Below, in pieces: positions 9,753-19,459 of a stretch of DNA of 64,000 nt (position 1 is the first letter of the stretch; the number at the start of each line of letters is the position of its first letter). Made by a program: the position numbers and the translations under genes. Under the pieces are notes generated by a model that had not been told where the DNA came from, ran no database searches, and was given only the letters and a program-made list of their open reading frames with translations. The stretch comes from Candidatus Saccharimonadota bacterium. GTDB taxonomy: Bacteria > Patescibacteriota > Saccharimonadia > Saccharimonadales > Saccharimonadaceae. Location: contig JAFWHE010000012.1 of assembly GCA_017512045.1 (NCBI GenBank), positions 24,935 to 88,934 of the forward strand, in the 5' to 3' direction.

Positions 9753-10033
9753 ATTTTTCCTCCTATATATTATTATAAATAGTATTTATTAAATATTTAA
9801 TAATAGTAGTAATAAGGTATGTGGAAACTGTGTAAAAAGTAACTCCAAACAGATATAAACCGAACAAAGATTCGGTGGAAAATGTATAGTAAAACTCGCG
9901 AATTATTTTGTGGAAACCGAACATTATACACATATTCACAACACTAATTGCAGTATTAGTCAAAAATGTGGAATATTCTGCACGGCAATTCCACATAGTT
10001 TCTCGCAAAGTTTTACGCAGATTTTTCCACATA
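9753..10033. other. oriC, dnaA-dnaN intergenic half containing the DNA-unwinding element
   Basis: DnaA-box-like 9-mers at 9820-9828, 9829-9837, 9874-9882, 9909-9917, 9967-9975, 9987-9995 and 10023-10031; six DnaA-trios TAA/TAG at 9798-9815; AT-rich tract ~9765-9797. Confidence 0.88.
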
Positions 10034-11416
10034 TTATTCATATAATTTCTCCCGAATAGCACTAACTTGATCACGTAAGACAAAGTTTATCTTGAGATCA
10101 TTTCTGATTTTTTTGACACCATGCATTACAGTGGTATGATCTTTTACACCAACTTCTAAAGCTATCTTTGTAGTGCTTAGACTTAACTCCTCTGACAACA
10201 AATACATAGCAACTTGACGAGCATTCTTAATATGGGAGACTCTACTCTTTCCACACATTTCATCTACTGATAATTCATAGAATTGAGCTACTTGATTCAC
10301 GATTTTCTTTGGACTAAGTAGGGAATTATTAGCATTACTAGGTGTATTAATAAATCCACCATTAATTACGCCAAGAGGTGTGGTTTTCTTAAAATCCGCA
10401 TAGGCTAATATTTTACGAAACTCTCCTTCCAAATCGCGAATATTTGTCTTAATATTATTGGCGATATATTCTATAGCCTCATCTTCTATTTCTATATTCT
10501 CATAATCAGCCTTAGCACGGAGGATAGCGCACTTATCTTCAAAATTAGGCATCTGGATATCATAAGCTCCAGCCCAAGAGAGACGCGAAGTGAGCCTAGC
10601 ATCCAACTCTTTCAACTGTGATGGCATCCTATCACAAGTGATAATTACCTGGCGACCTTGCTGGTATAAATCGTTAAAGATATTAAAGAATTGAGTCTGG
10701 CTAGCATCTTTTCCGATAATCATTTGGAAATCATCAATAATCAAAACGTCAACTTTGTGATATTTTTTAATAAAATCCTCACTATCATAGTTCTTACTTT
10801 TATTGCGGTTCTTGATAGAATTGATGAACTCTGAGTAGAAATGATTCATCGGTGTGTATAACACCTTGAGTTTAGGATTATTATGAAGTAACTCATTTCC
10901 AATCGCCTGGACCAAGTGAGTCTTACCTAAGCCGGGACCGCCATAAACAAAGAAAGGATTGTATTTAGTACCAGGTTCTTTAATAATAGCCCAAGCCACG
11001 GAAACTGCAAGGTCATTATTGGATGCCACAACGAAATTACTCATAGTATAGTTAGGATTTAACCCAGAATCATAAGTGTGATTATTACCACTAGTAGTAC
11101 TATTTGATAATCTTTCCAGAGTTTTTTTCTTGATAGTCTCCATAGAAACTTCGCGAGAATGTGGCTTTACAGTGGTGCGAGAGGAAATAATATATTTTAC
11201 ATCGGAAAACTCAACTGAGTTATGAATAAGAGCATCTTTTATGATATTGTCATATTTTTTCTGGATTTGGCGTTGTTTAAATATATTTGGCACTTCTATA
11301 GTTACTACACCATTAGAGATAGAGGTAATATTAACATCTGGGAACCAAGTATTAAAAGTAGACTGTGGAAGAACCTGCTCTATTTCTGCTAGAACATTTT
11401 TCCACACATCAAACAT
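10034..11416 (-). CDS. dnaA: Chromosomal replication initiator DnaA
   Basis: YNPFFVYGGPGLGKTHL, LIIDDFQ, NIRDLEG, ARQVAMYL, KDHTTVMHG. Confidence 0.98.
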   Translation of the reverse strand: MFDVWKNVLAEIEQVLPQSTFNTWFPDVNITSISNGVVTIEVPNIFKQRQIQKKYDNIIKDALIHNSVEFSDVKYIISSRTTVKPHSREVSMETIKKKTLERLSNSTTSGNNHTYDSGLNPNYTMSNFVVASNNDLAVSVAWAIIKEPGTKYNPFFVYGGPGLGKTHLVQAIGNELLHNNPKLKVLYTPMNHFYSEFINSIKNRNKSKNYDSEDFIKKYHKVDVLIIDDFQMIIGKDASQTQFFNIFNDLYQQGRQVIITCDRMPSQLKELDARLTSRLSWAGAYDIQMPNFEDKCAILRAKADYENIEIEDEAIEYIANNIKTNIRDLEGEFRKILAYADFKKTTPLGVINGGFINTPSNANNSLLSPKKIVNQVAQFYELSVDEMCGKSRVSHIKNARQVAMYLLSEELSLSTTKIALEVGVKDHTTVMHGVKKIRNDLKINFVLRDQVSAIREKLYE

Positions 11417-11689
11417 AATCGGCTACCTCCTAACCTATAACCTAAATTAATTAATATGACTTATTAAGGTATATTATACAGGAAAAAATGGACTTTTCCA
11501 CAACTTTTTATAAGAAAAATGGATGTTTTATAATATTTTTTACCGTAACAGAGAGATGCTTTTCCACAGGAAGGCTCGGAAACCTTATGAATTTGTGGAA
11601 AACTCCTTGGCTTTTGTGTAAAAAAGTGCTATACTATAACAAAGTTTTAGAAAAATTAAAGTAATAAGAAATAATAGGGAAGAATTGTT
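11417..11689. promoter_or_regulatory. dnaA/rpmH divergent regulatory region with DnaA boxes (second half of a bipartite oriC)
   Basis: TTTTCCACA at 11494-11502 and 11560-11568; TGTGGAAAA 11594-11602; TGTGTAAAA 11615-11623; rpmH promoter TTGGCT(11607)-17 bp-TATACT(11630) with TG extension. Confidence 0.8.
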
Positions 11690-11827
11690 ATGCCAAAACG
11701 TACTTATCAGCCACACAAGCGCCAGCGTAAAGTTGAACATGGTTTTATGAAGAGGAATGCCACTAAGAATGGTCAAAAAGTCCTCAAGCGTCGTCGCATC
11801 AAGGGGCGCGCAAGGCTAACCGCTTAA
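11690..11827 (+). CDS. rpmH: 50S ribosomal protein L34 (45 aa; absent from the ORF track)
   Basis: Manual translation [45 protein letters not shown]; divergent from dnaA. Confidence 0.97.
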   Translation: MPKRTYQPHKRQRKVEHGFMKRNATKNGQKVLKRRRIKGRARLTA

Positions 11828-11832
11828 AGAAT

Positions 11833-11859
11833 AAATCACCCCGTAAAGGGTGATTTTTT
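11833..11859 (+). terminator. Intrinsic terminator after rpmH
   Basis: AAATCACCC-CGTAAA-GGGTGATTT followed by a T run. Confidence 0.8.
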
Positions 11860-11885
11860 ATGGCTATTCTGTTATAATAAAGCTA

Positions 11886-13619
11886 ATGTTTAAAGAGCAG
11901 CATCACTTTATCCGCGAATACTTTGCGATTGCGGAGCTTAATCCGTTGCTTTTTGCTTTTAATCTGATTACGGCATTTCTTTATAAAGCGGCAGATATTT
12001 TTATGCCTTTTGTTGCGGCGCTCATCATTAAGGCATTGACGGAACAGAATGTGGATGAGGCGTATCTTTATATTGGGATTTTTGCTGCAACATACTTAAC
12101 GTATCGGCTTAGTCTTTATATTAACTTCCGAGCATATAGCCGTAATGTTAGTTATAGTTACTGTGCGATGCAGACAAAAGTATTTAATAAGCTACTCCTC
12201 GTAGATAGTGACTTTACGCGCAAGATTAGCAAGGGACAGCTAATGAACACAATTAATACAGATCTCATCGCCATTGGCGAGCTGAATGATGAAATTTCTG
12301 AATATATTGCGACGTTTTTCCAGATTGCGGCTATTGTAACGATTTCTGCGATTTATTGCTGGCCTGTGACGATATTAATGTGTATTTCTGTAATTTGGTT
12401 TGTGAGGATTAGGGAGAAAAACGACCGAAGATTTAATCATTATTGGTGGAAGACTCAGACTGAAAACGATAAATACAGTAATTTTCTCGGTCAAGTAATG
12501 ACGGGATTACAAGAAGTAAAGACATTTAATATGCTGCCAAAATTGCATGGTCATCTAGATAGAATCCAGAATCGATATGACAAATCATATATGATTCAGC
12601 GAAAATATGTTTCCAAAAGAGATAATGATGTTAAGTATGAATTTTATACATTTCGGGTAATCATTACGATATTAATGATTATTTTAATGATGAATGGACT
12701 TTTGACGATTGATATTTTCGTTCTGATGATTTCTTATCATAGCACCTTAAGGGATACGGCAAAGGATTTGACAGATGCTACAGTAGATATTAGGTTAGCC
12801 AATGCCTCAGTGAGGCGTGTTGCAGGTATTCTGAATTATCGTACAGGAAAGCCGATAGAGTTTGGTGATGTAAATATTGATAAGCTAAAAGGCTCTTTGC
12901 AATTTAAGAATGTCTCCCTCTCGCTTAATCATCATCAGATTTTGAGAGATCTTAATTTTAAGATAAAACCACATGAATTTGTTGCGATTGTAGGGTATCC
13001 AGGGTCTGGAAAAACTAAATTATTTGATTTAATCTTACGCATTAATAAGCCGACTAAGGGCAAAATCTTGCTAGATGGAATAAATGTAAATGAGTTTTCT
13101 AAAGATATTTACACTTCCAATGTGGCAGTAGCGAATCAAGTGCCGTTCATATTTAATATGAGTATCCGGAAAAATTTGAACTTTGTAGATGACGATATTA
13201 AACATCAAATCAAAGCTTGCAAAATAACAGGCATCCATGATTTTATAGAGACTTTGCCGATGGGGTATAATACGATTTTGCGTGAGAATGCGACTAATAT
13301 CTCTGGTGGGCAAAGACAGATGATTTCTATTGCACGCACGTTGCTAACAAATTCAGAAGTATTATTACTAGACGATGTGACGACCTCACTAGATCCAGAC
13401 ACGGCAGAACTTGTGCCAAGATTAATTAAAAATATTCGTGATACACATACAGTGATCATGATTACGAAGAAGCCAGATTTAATGAAATTAGCCGATAAAA
13501 TTATCGTGTTAGATCATGGCAAGATTTCTGATATGGGCACGCACGAGAAACTGCTAGAGAGAAGTAAGTTATATCGTTCGCTCCAGGCCATCAAATCCAA
13601 TATGGGAGGAGCGGCATGA
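11886..13619 (+). CDS. ABC exporter subunit (TMD+NBD) with degenerate Walker B and switch
   Basis: TMD plus GYPGSGKT, ISGGQ, LLLDD (E to D), ITKK (H to K). Start moved to ATG 11886, 7 nt after TGtTATAAT. Confidence 0.88.
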   Translation: MFKEQHHFIREYFAIAELNPLLFAFNLITAFLYKAADIFMPFVAALIIKALTEQNVDEAYLYIGIFAATYLTYRLSLYINFRAYSRNVSYSYCAMQTKVFNKLLLVDSDFTRKISKGQLMNTINTDLIAIGELNDEISEYIATFFQIAAIVTISAIYCWPVTILMCISVIWFVRIREKNDRRFNHYWWKTQTENDKYSNFLGQVMTGLQEVKTFNMLPKLHGHLDRIQNRYDKSYMIQRKYVSKRDNDVKYEFYTFRVIITILMIILMMNGLLTIDIFVLMISYHSTLRDTAKDLTDATVDIRLANASVRRVAGILNYRTGKPIEFGDVNIDKLKGSLQFKNVSLSLNHHQILRDLNFKIKPHEFVAIVGYPGSGKTKLFDLILRINKPTKGKILLDGINVNEFSKDIYTSNVAVANQVPFIFNMSIRKNLNFVDDDIKHQIKACKITGIHDFIETLPMGYNTILRENATNISGGQRQMISIARTLLTNSEVLLLDDVTTSLDPDTAELVPRLIKNIRDTHTVIMITKKPDLMKLADKIIVLDHGKISDMGTHEKLLERSKLYRSLQAIKSNMGGAA

Positions 13620-15316
13620 GATATTACTATAAATTACTAAAAAAGTTCTTCTCTTTGGGAGCGACAGATAAACATCTAATGCGTAATCTATTTATTACAG
13701 CAGGATTGCGGACGGGTGCATATTTGCTAGTGCCATGTGCGGCAGCAATGATTGTAGACTCTGCGACGGATGGAGATTATACAATGGCTCTAGTAAATAC
13801 GGGTTTCTTCGCGGTTAGCGCCTTTCTGTATACATTATTTCATCATATGAACTATAAATCTTATGCTGACAATGCGATGTATATTCATGATGAGCTACAG
13901 CGTAAAATCTTAGATAAGGTAGTGACATTCAACCAGGATTTCACGAAGAATATTTCTCAGGCGGAGATAATTAATACTGCGTTTGAGGATGTAACAATGA
14001 ACCAACGTATACCAGACTATTTCTTTGATTTGATCACTAATTTTATCAGTATTGTTGCCGATGTAATAATTATGATATTTGTGGATCCGCTAATTGGTGG
14101 AATTACTTTTGGACTAACGATGTGTGCTATGGCGGTATTTATCTATCATATGAAACGACGCGATCATTATACTGCGCTACATAGAGAAGACCAGGATGAT
14201 ATTGCTGGATTGTATAGCCAAATGATAGATGGGCATAAAGAAGTTCATACTTTCAATATGGAAGAAAACTTAAAAGATATTTTGGAAGATAATAAAAAAG
14301 ATTGGAAAAGAAACTTCTTCCGCAAGAGATTGCATAGCGACCTAGGTGAATCATTAACGCCATTTCTGCTGGGTTCAGCAAGGGTGATTAGCTATTTTAT
14401 AGCAGCTGGTCTGATATTGAAAGGCGAATATAATATCGCGACACTAGTCTTGATTATTGGATATTTTGATAATATGCAGCAAAGTTATGACGGTGTAACG
14501 GATATCATTCTCAATATTACAAAGAGCTCTGTAGCAATTGAGCGTGTGTATAAGTTACTAAACTACAAATCTCCGCGGAAACAGAAATTCGGCACTAACG
14601 ATACGGATGATATTGCCGGAAAGGTGCAGTTTAGCAATGTATCATTCACCTATGGACGCAAACCACAAATGAGAAAAGTGAGTTTTGTTCTGTATCCAGG
14701 CTCGCTTACAGGCATCGTTGGTAAGTCTGGTTCTGGCAAATCTACGATTTTTCGGCTACTACTACGTTTATATAAGCCAACACGTGGTAAGATTCTAATC
14801 GATGGCAAAAATATTCGTGATTATACTAAGGAAGTGTATGCTTCCAACGTGAGTATTGTAACACAGAAGCCTTTCGTTTTTGATATGTCTATCCGTGAAA
14901 ATCTTAATATGGTGGATAGTAACCATGAGCACCAAATAGAGGCGTGTAAAATGGTTGGCATACACGATGTAATTATGAAACTCAGCAAAGGATACGATAC
15001 GATTCTAGTATCAGATGCAACGAACCTCTCTGCTGGGCAAAAGCAATTGTTAGCTTTAGCTCGCACATTATTATCAAAAGCAGAAATATTATTATTTGAC
15101 GAGGTAACTTCAACTTTGGATGCGAGCACCACTAAACAAGTGATAGGAATATTAAAAAAGCTAAAAAAAGACCATACTGTCTTAGTCATCACGCACAAAC
15201 CAGAAGTAATGCGCCAAATGGATGAACTGTTAGTGATAGATAATGGCCATCTGGTCGGGCGTGGAACTCATAAGAACCTGTTGAACAATAAATATTACAA
15301 ATTATTACAAAAATAA
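13616..15316 (+). CDS. ABC exporter subunit (TMD+NBD), heterodimer partner
   Basis: GKSGSGKS, signature LSAGQ, LLFDE, ITHK; ATGA overlap with its partner. Confidence 0.88.
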   Translation: MRYYYKLLKKFFSLGATDKHLMRNLFITAGLRTGAYLLVPCAAAMIVDSATDGDYTMALVNTGFFAVSAFLYTLFHHMNYKSYADNAMYIHDELQRKILDKVVTFNQDFTKNISQAEIINTAFEDVTMNQRIPDYFFDLITNFISIVADVIIMIFVDPLIGGITFGLTMCAMAVFIYHMKRRDHYTALHREDQDDIAGLYSQMIDGHKEVHTFNMEENLKDILEDNKKDWKRNFFRKRLHSDLGESLTPFLLGSARVISYFIAAGLILKGEYNIATLVLIIGYFDNMQQSYDGVTDIILNITKSSVAIERVYKLLNYKSPRKQKFGTNDTDDIAGKVQFSNVSFTYGRKPQMRKVSFVLYPGSLTGIVGKSGSGKSTIFRLLLRLYKPTRGKILIDGKNIRDYTKEVYASNVSIVTQKPFVFDMSIRENLNMVDSNHEHQIEACKMVGIHDVIMKLSKGYDTILVSDATNLSAGQKQLLALARTLLSKAEILLFDEVTSTLDASTTKQVIGILKKLKKDHTVLVITHKPEVMRQMDELLVIDNGHLVGRGTHKNLLNNKYYKLLQK

Positions 15317-15347
15317 AAATAGGTGAGATGGTATAATAAAGTATAAT

Positions 15348-15686
15348 ATGCTATCAAAGAAATATCGGTTTCATTCACGTGGTGGAGTAAGATATACGTA
15401 TTCCCATGGCAAGACGATTCGCTCGCCAAAATTGTCGCTGGTTTTTAATGCTAATTCGCGCGGCTTTACGCGTTTCGCGGTGGTGGTATCAAAGAAAGTA
15501 GAGAAGAGTGCCGTCGGTAGGAACCACATCCGTAGAAGAGTATATGAAGCTATCCGCTATGAGATGAATGATAAATATAAAAAACGTGACTATATCTTTG
15601 TCGTATATAATAGAGATTTGATAAGGATGGATTTTACTGAGCTAAGAGGTGCAATTCATTCACTTTTAGAACAGAGTATGATATAA
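15348..15686 (+). CDS. rnpA: Ribonuclease P protein component
   Basis: RFAVVVSKKVEKSAVGRNHIRRRVYE (RNR motif); upstream of yidC. Confidence 0.93.
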   Translation: MLSKKYRFHSRGGVRYTYSHGKTIRSPKLSLVFNANSRGFTRFAVVVSKKVEKSAVGRNHIRRRVYEAIRYEMNDKYKKRDYIFVVYNRDLIRMDFTELRGAIHSLLEQSMI

Positions 15687-15696
15687 TCAAGATATC

Positions 15697-16731
15697 ATGT
15701 TTTGGCTGATTGATGTTATTATTGTTCGTCCGATTATAAATTTGCTTTTTGTGATTTATAATCTAGTTGGCGATTTTGGTCTCACTATTATTGTATTTAC
15801 TGTTATCGTGAAGCTGGCGATGTGGCCATTAGTGAAGCGCCAGTTACAACAGACCAAACTGATGCGCAAGATTCAGCCAGAACTAACTCAGATTAAGAAG
15901 AATTGTAAGGGCAACCGTCAGATGGAATCACTCCAGATGATGGATTTGTACAAGAGGAATAATATCAAGCCATTCCGTACTTTGCTCACTACTATGATAC
16001 AGCTACCGATTTTCCTAGCACTTTTTATGGCGATTTCCGTAATGGTAAATCCGCGTCCGTCAGCTGACACTTGTGGCTATACCAATGTTTCTAACTGTGT
16101 CTATGAACCACTTAAATCAAAGGGTAGAGTGCAGGATATTATTAATATGCAAGATGAGTATTTTGCGGAAAAAGATGCTGGGGAAGAAGCTACTTATGAT
16201 TTCCAGCCAAAACTATTCGGCGTAGTTGATTTATCTGTCAGTCCATCTAATTTGCTGAGTGGGAATGTGACAGTAAGTACAATTATTATCTTTGTCTTCG
16301 CGCTAGGCGCGGCAGCTTTGCAGTATGTCGCCACCAGGCAACAATCTCCATCTGGTAAGAGCAAGAAATCCAAATCTTTCCGTCAGCTAATGAAAGAAGC
16401 AGCTGCTGGGGACGGTAACCAACCTGACCAGTCTGAGATTAATGAGCTAGCCTCCAGACAGATGTCGTTCATGATGCCAGTGATGATGTTTTTCATCATG
16501 TTCTATCTGCCAGGTGCACTTGTATTCTATTATGTATTATCTAGTGGTGTGATGGTATTACAGCAACGCCATGCGCTCAAGCAAACTGAGGATGAAATGG
16601 AGCAGTCCGCAGATAAGGCAGTCCTAAAGGAGCTCCGCAAGATTGAAGAAGCTAAAGTGGTGGAAAACAAAAAAACTGGCACAAAAATCACACGTATCTC
16701 CGCAAAAGATAGTAAAAAGAAAAGGAGATAA
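15697..16731 (+). CDS. yidC: Membrane protein insertase YidC/Oxa1
   Basis: DFGLTIIVFTVIVK...MRKIQPEL, IQLPIFLALF, LPGALVFYY. Confidence 0.93.
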   Translation: MFWLIDVIIVRPIINLLFVIYNLVGDFGLTIIVFTVIVKLAMWPLVKRQLQQTKLMRKIQPELTQIKKNCKGNRQMESLQMMDLYKRNNIKPFRTLLTTMIQLPIFLALFMAISVMVNPRPSADTCGYTNVSNCVYEPLKSKGRVQDIINMQDEYFAEKDAGEEATYDFQPKLFGVVDLSVSPSNLLSGNVTVSTIIIFVFALGAAALQYVATRQQSPSGKSKKSKSFRQLMKEAAAGDGNQPDQSEINELASRQMSFMMPVMMFFIMFYLPGALVFYYVLSSGVMVLQQRHALKQTEDEMEQSADKAVLKELRKIEEAKVVENKKTGTKITRISAKDSKKKRR

Positions 16732-16736
16732 CAATA

Positions 16737-17195
16737 ATGGATAAAGATGAATCGGTGCGCTTTGCAACCAAGTATTTGGAAGATTTGCTAAGCTTCTTCG
16801 GCATTAATGTGGCGGTAGACTCTACGATGGACGATGAGGTAATTCAACTCTCCGTGCCATCCACTTCACTGAATTCGCTGTTGATTGGGCGTAATGCGGA
16901 TAATTTACGCGCTTTGCAATATATTGTATCGCAAGCACTAGCGGCAAAAAATGCAGAAATTACCCGTGTTAATGTGGATGTAGCAGATTACAAGAGGCAG
17001 AGAGCAGACCGCATCGCAGAAAAGGCCGAAGGCTGGATTAGGAAGGTGCGTGAGACTGGCGAATCAATGCGTCTGGATTTGTCGCCAGCAGATAGACGCG
17101 TGGTACATAAACTAGCAGAAGATTATTCTGATATCTCCACCCACTCCGAAGGAGAGGGCAGGGAAAGACAGCTAGTCATCGAGAAATCTGAATAG
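16737..17195 (+). CDS. jag: Jag/EloR-like RNA-binding protein (KH + R3H, no Jag_N domain)
   Basis: LLIGRNADNLRALQ (KH), VDVADYK, RRVVH (R3H), SEGEGRER; follows yidC. Confidence 0.85.
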   Translation: MDKDESVRFATKYLEDLLSFFGINVAVDSTMDDEVIQLSVPSTSLNSLLIGRNADNLRALQYIVSQALAAKNAEITRVNVDVADYKRQRADRIAEKAEGWIRKVRETGESMRLDLSPADRRVVHKLAEDYSDISTHSEGEGRERQLVIEKSE

Positions 17196-17202
17196 AATAA
17201 TG

Positions 17203-17296
17203 CTAAAGAATCCGGCGATACGTACTTTGCGGACACGCTCGAGAGCGCTCGCCCAAGCTTATGGTCCGCAAAGTAGTATCACCAAGGATTCTTTAG
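17203..17296. repeat. 94-bp nested inverted-repeat (REP/MITE-like or ncRNA) element between convergent jag and LCP genes
   Basis: Perfect paired arms CTAAAGAATCC/GGATTCTTTAG, GATAC/GTATC and TACTTTGCGGAC/GTCCGCAAAGTA. The structure is certain; its class is not. Confidence 0.7.
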
Positions 17297-17298
17297 GC

Positions 17299-19044
17299 TT
17301 ATCCACCAGTTCCTAGGATGACCACAATGTCATAGCCTGCGCTGTTGATGCCAGTAGGAAGCTCTGTGGCTGGTAGGGAAGACACCTTATAATGAGAGGA
17401 TAATGCGGATACCGTTTCTGGCGTATTGCCACTAATGTCATAAACATAATACTTTTCTAAATAGGTTCCATTTGGCGCATCGCCTGTATCAACAGATGTA
17501 AAGCCTTCTTTAGTTAGTACTGATTGCTCCGCACTAGCAGAACCAGCTACGCCAGATCCATTTAGTACTAGAATGTTCGCTCCTTCGCGGACGGCAGGAT
17601 TGTTAGATGTCATTTTTGCTACATATTCATGGATATCAGAATACTTGCTAGCCCCGGCAACTGGTACGACATATGATATGCCATTCATTTCGGCAGTTTT
17701 TAGATACACAATGTTATTTTTGTAGTCAATAAGTGGGATTTGGCGCATACTATCAACTTGGACGTCTTTGGCGATAGAAAAGGCAGTTTTCAGCTCCTCT
17801 AAGGTGAAGTTCATACGGACATTATCGCCTACAGCATCTATTAGTCCTAAGGCAGAGCCGAGATCGAGCCCGGAAGAAGTAATTTTTTGCTGAATAGCAC
17901 CGAGAATTTTCTGCTGGCTATTGCCTCTGGTAAAGTCACCCATTTCCGTGCCGTGACGTGCGCGAGCTAGACCTAAAGCGCGCTCGCCGTTAAGACTGAC
18001 TGGCTCGCCGGCCTTAATAAAGGTGCCGGTCCAATTATCTTCAATATCTTCATCCAAGGTAACTGTAATACCGCCAATACTATCCACTACTTGTACTAGA
18101 GCTGCCCAATCCAAATGGATGTAATATTGAATATCTGTACCAAGGATTTCCTTCATGCTCTGGGACAAAGCCTGTGCGCCGCTTTCTTCATCTGTGCCGG
18201 ATAGGTTGGCACAATAATATATTTCGTTAACTTTGCCAGTAGCAGTGCAAGTATGACCGACATAGAGGTCGCGTGGTAAGCTTACCATTGCTACATCATC
18301 ATTTTTTTGGTCTACGGAAACTAACATAATAGAGTCTGTTAGCTGGGCACCATCATGCGCTCCGTCACCTTCTGATCCACTCATATCATAACCAGATGTG
18401 CCAAAGATTAGAATATTAGTACGGCCGTTGCTGTCAGTTTTTAATTCTACATTGCTGCCGATGGCACTAAGAACTGTAAAGATATTGGATCTACCGCCCG
18501 TAAGCTTGGCGATAATGTCATTACCCCAGACCATAAACGCGCCAACCCCTATTATTAATAGAATCAGAAAAGCGATTAGAATCTTTCTCACGGTATGTTT
18601 CTTCTTTCCTTTACTTTTTTGGCCGATTTTTTGGCGAGGAGTTTCATGAGTATTATTGCGATGTTTTAGACTGTAATCTGCACGTAGTTCCTTAGAAGAT
18701 AGGTCTAGATCAAGGGTAGAAACAGGGCTCAAGAAATCTTTATTAGATTGCAATCTGGCTTTTTCTTTTGCAATACTATCACGAGACAAGCCAACTGGCA
18801 CGCCCTTGGAGCTAGGTTTTCTATTAACATGAACAGCATTTTTATCAATATGGACAGGAACGGAATTATCAGGTTTTTTGCGTAGAACAGCTTTGCGATG
18901 GTGATAGGCAGACATCTTATGTGTGGTTGTAGTGGTGCGCGTAGTAGTGGCGGTAACACCTTCTACACCGATGGCTTGCCTTGGGCGAGCTTGAGGAGCA
19001 CGCATAGGAATCCCATCAACAGATTGTATATTTTTTCTAGCCAT
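17299..19044 (-). CDS. LCP (LytR-CpsA-Psr) glycopolymer-peptidoglycan ligase with LytR C-terminal domain
   Basis: RTNILIFG, LTDSIMLVS, VSLPRDL, ARARHG..GDFTRGNSQQ; C-terminal ILVLNGSGVAG. Confidence 0.9.
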   Translation of the reverse strand: MARKNIQSVDGIPMRAPQARPRQAIGVEGVTATTTRTTTTTHKMSAYHHRKAVLRKKPDNSVPVHIDKNAVHVNRKPSSKGVPVGLSRDSIAKEKARLQSNKDFLSPVSTLDLDLSSKELRADYSLKHRNNTHETPRQKIGQKSKGKKKHTVRKILIAFLILLIIGVGAFMVWGNDIIAKLTGGRSNIFTVLSAIGSNVELKTDSNGRTNILIFGTSGYDMSGSEGDGAHDGAQLTDSIMLVSVDQKNDDVAMVSLPRDLYVGHTCTATGKVNEIYYCANLSGTDEESGAQALSQSMKEILGTDIQYYIHLDWAALVQVVDSIGGITVTLDEDIEDNWTGTFIKAGEPVSLNGERALGLARARHGTEMGDFTRGNSQQKILGAIQQKITSSGLDLGSALGLIDAVGDNVRMNFTLEELKTAFSIAKDVQVDSMRQIPLIDYKNNIVYLKTAEMNGISYVVPVAGASKYSDIHEYVAKMTSNNPAVREGANILVLNGSGVAGSASAEQSVLTKEGFTSVDTGDAPNGTYLEKYYVYDISGNTPETVSALSSHYKVSSLPATELPTGINSAGYDIVVILGTGG

Positions 19045-19120
19045 TTATCTATCTATTATAACATGAGCGGGACTAAAATATGATTTTTTGGTATAATATT
19101 AATAGAATTGTAGGATTTTT

Positions 19121-19459
19121 ATGGGAATTAAATTAACGAAAAAACAGACTTTAGTTTATAACTATATCGCAGAGTTCATTAAGTCGCATGGAGTTTCGCC
19201 ATCTTATCGTGATATTTGCGCGGGATTGGGATTATCATCTGTTTCTGCTGTGGCTGAGCATGTTGATAACTTAGTGCGAATTGGCGCATTGAGGAAATCA
19301 CCTGGTACGGCGCGCTCTCTGGAGGTAGTAGATTTTACTTATCCAGAAACGGTAGTATTGTTTAGGGAGAGAATGGCAGTTGCTCCCGAAGAAGACTTGG
19401 AGGTTCTACGCAAAGCAGCAGAAATACTAGGACTAGACCTGGGAGAAGAGAATGTATGA
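19121..19459 (+). CDS. LexA-type winged-helix DNA-binding protein lacking the S24 peptidase domain
   Basis: LTKKQ...SPSYRDICAGLGLSSVSAVAEHVDNL...ARSLEV; only 112 aa. Confidence 0.8.
   Translation: MGIKLTKKQTLVYNYIAEFIKSHGVSPSYRDICAGLGLSSVSAVAEHVDNLVRIGALRKSPGTARSLEVVDFTYPETVVLFRERMAVAPEEDLEVLRKAAEILGLDLGEENV

Noticed and set aside
9763-10083. 106-aa minus-strand ORF between dnaA and dnaN
   Set aside because: It overlaps the dnaA 3' end and runs through the DnaA-box/trio array; the composition is AT-driven and no family is recognisable.
17203-17296. SRP (4.5S) RNA or 6S RNA identity for the long hairpin
   Set aside because: It lacks the SRP domain IV GNRA/CAGG...AGCA motif and is about half the usual 6S length; left unclassified.
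19045-19120. Operator for the LexA-like protein in the LCP/lexA divergent gap
   Set aside because: Only weak AT-rich partial palindromes (AAAAT-ATG-ATTTT); no convincing SOS-like box.
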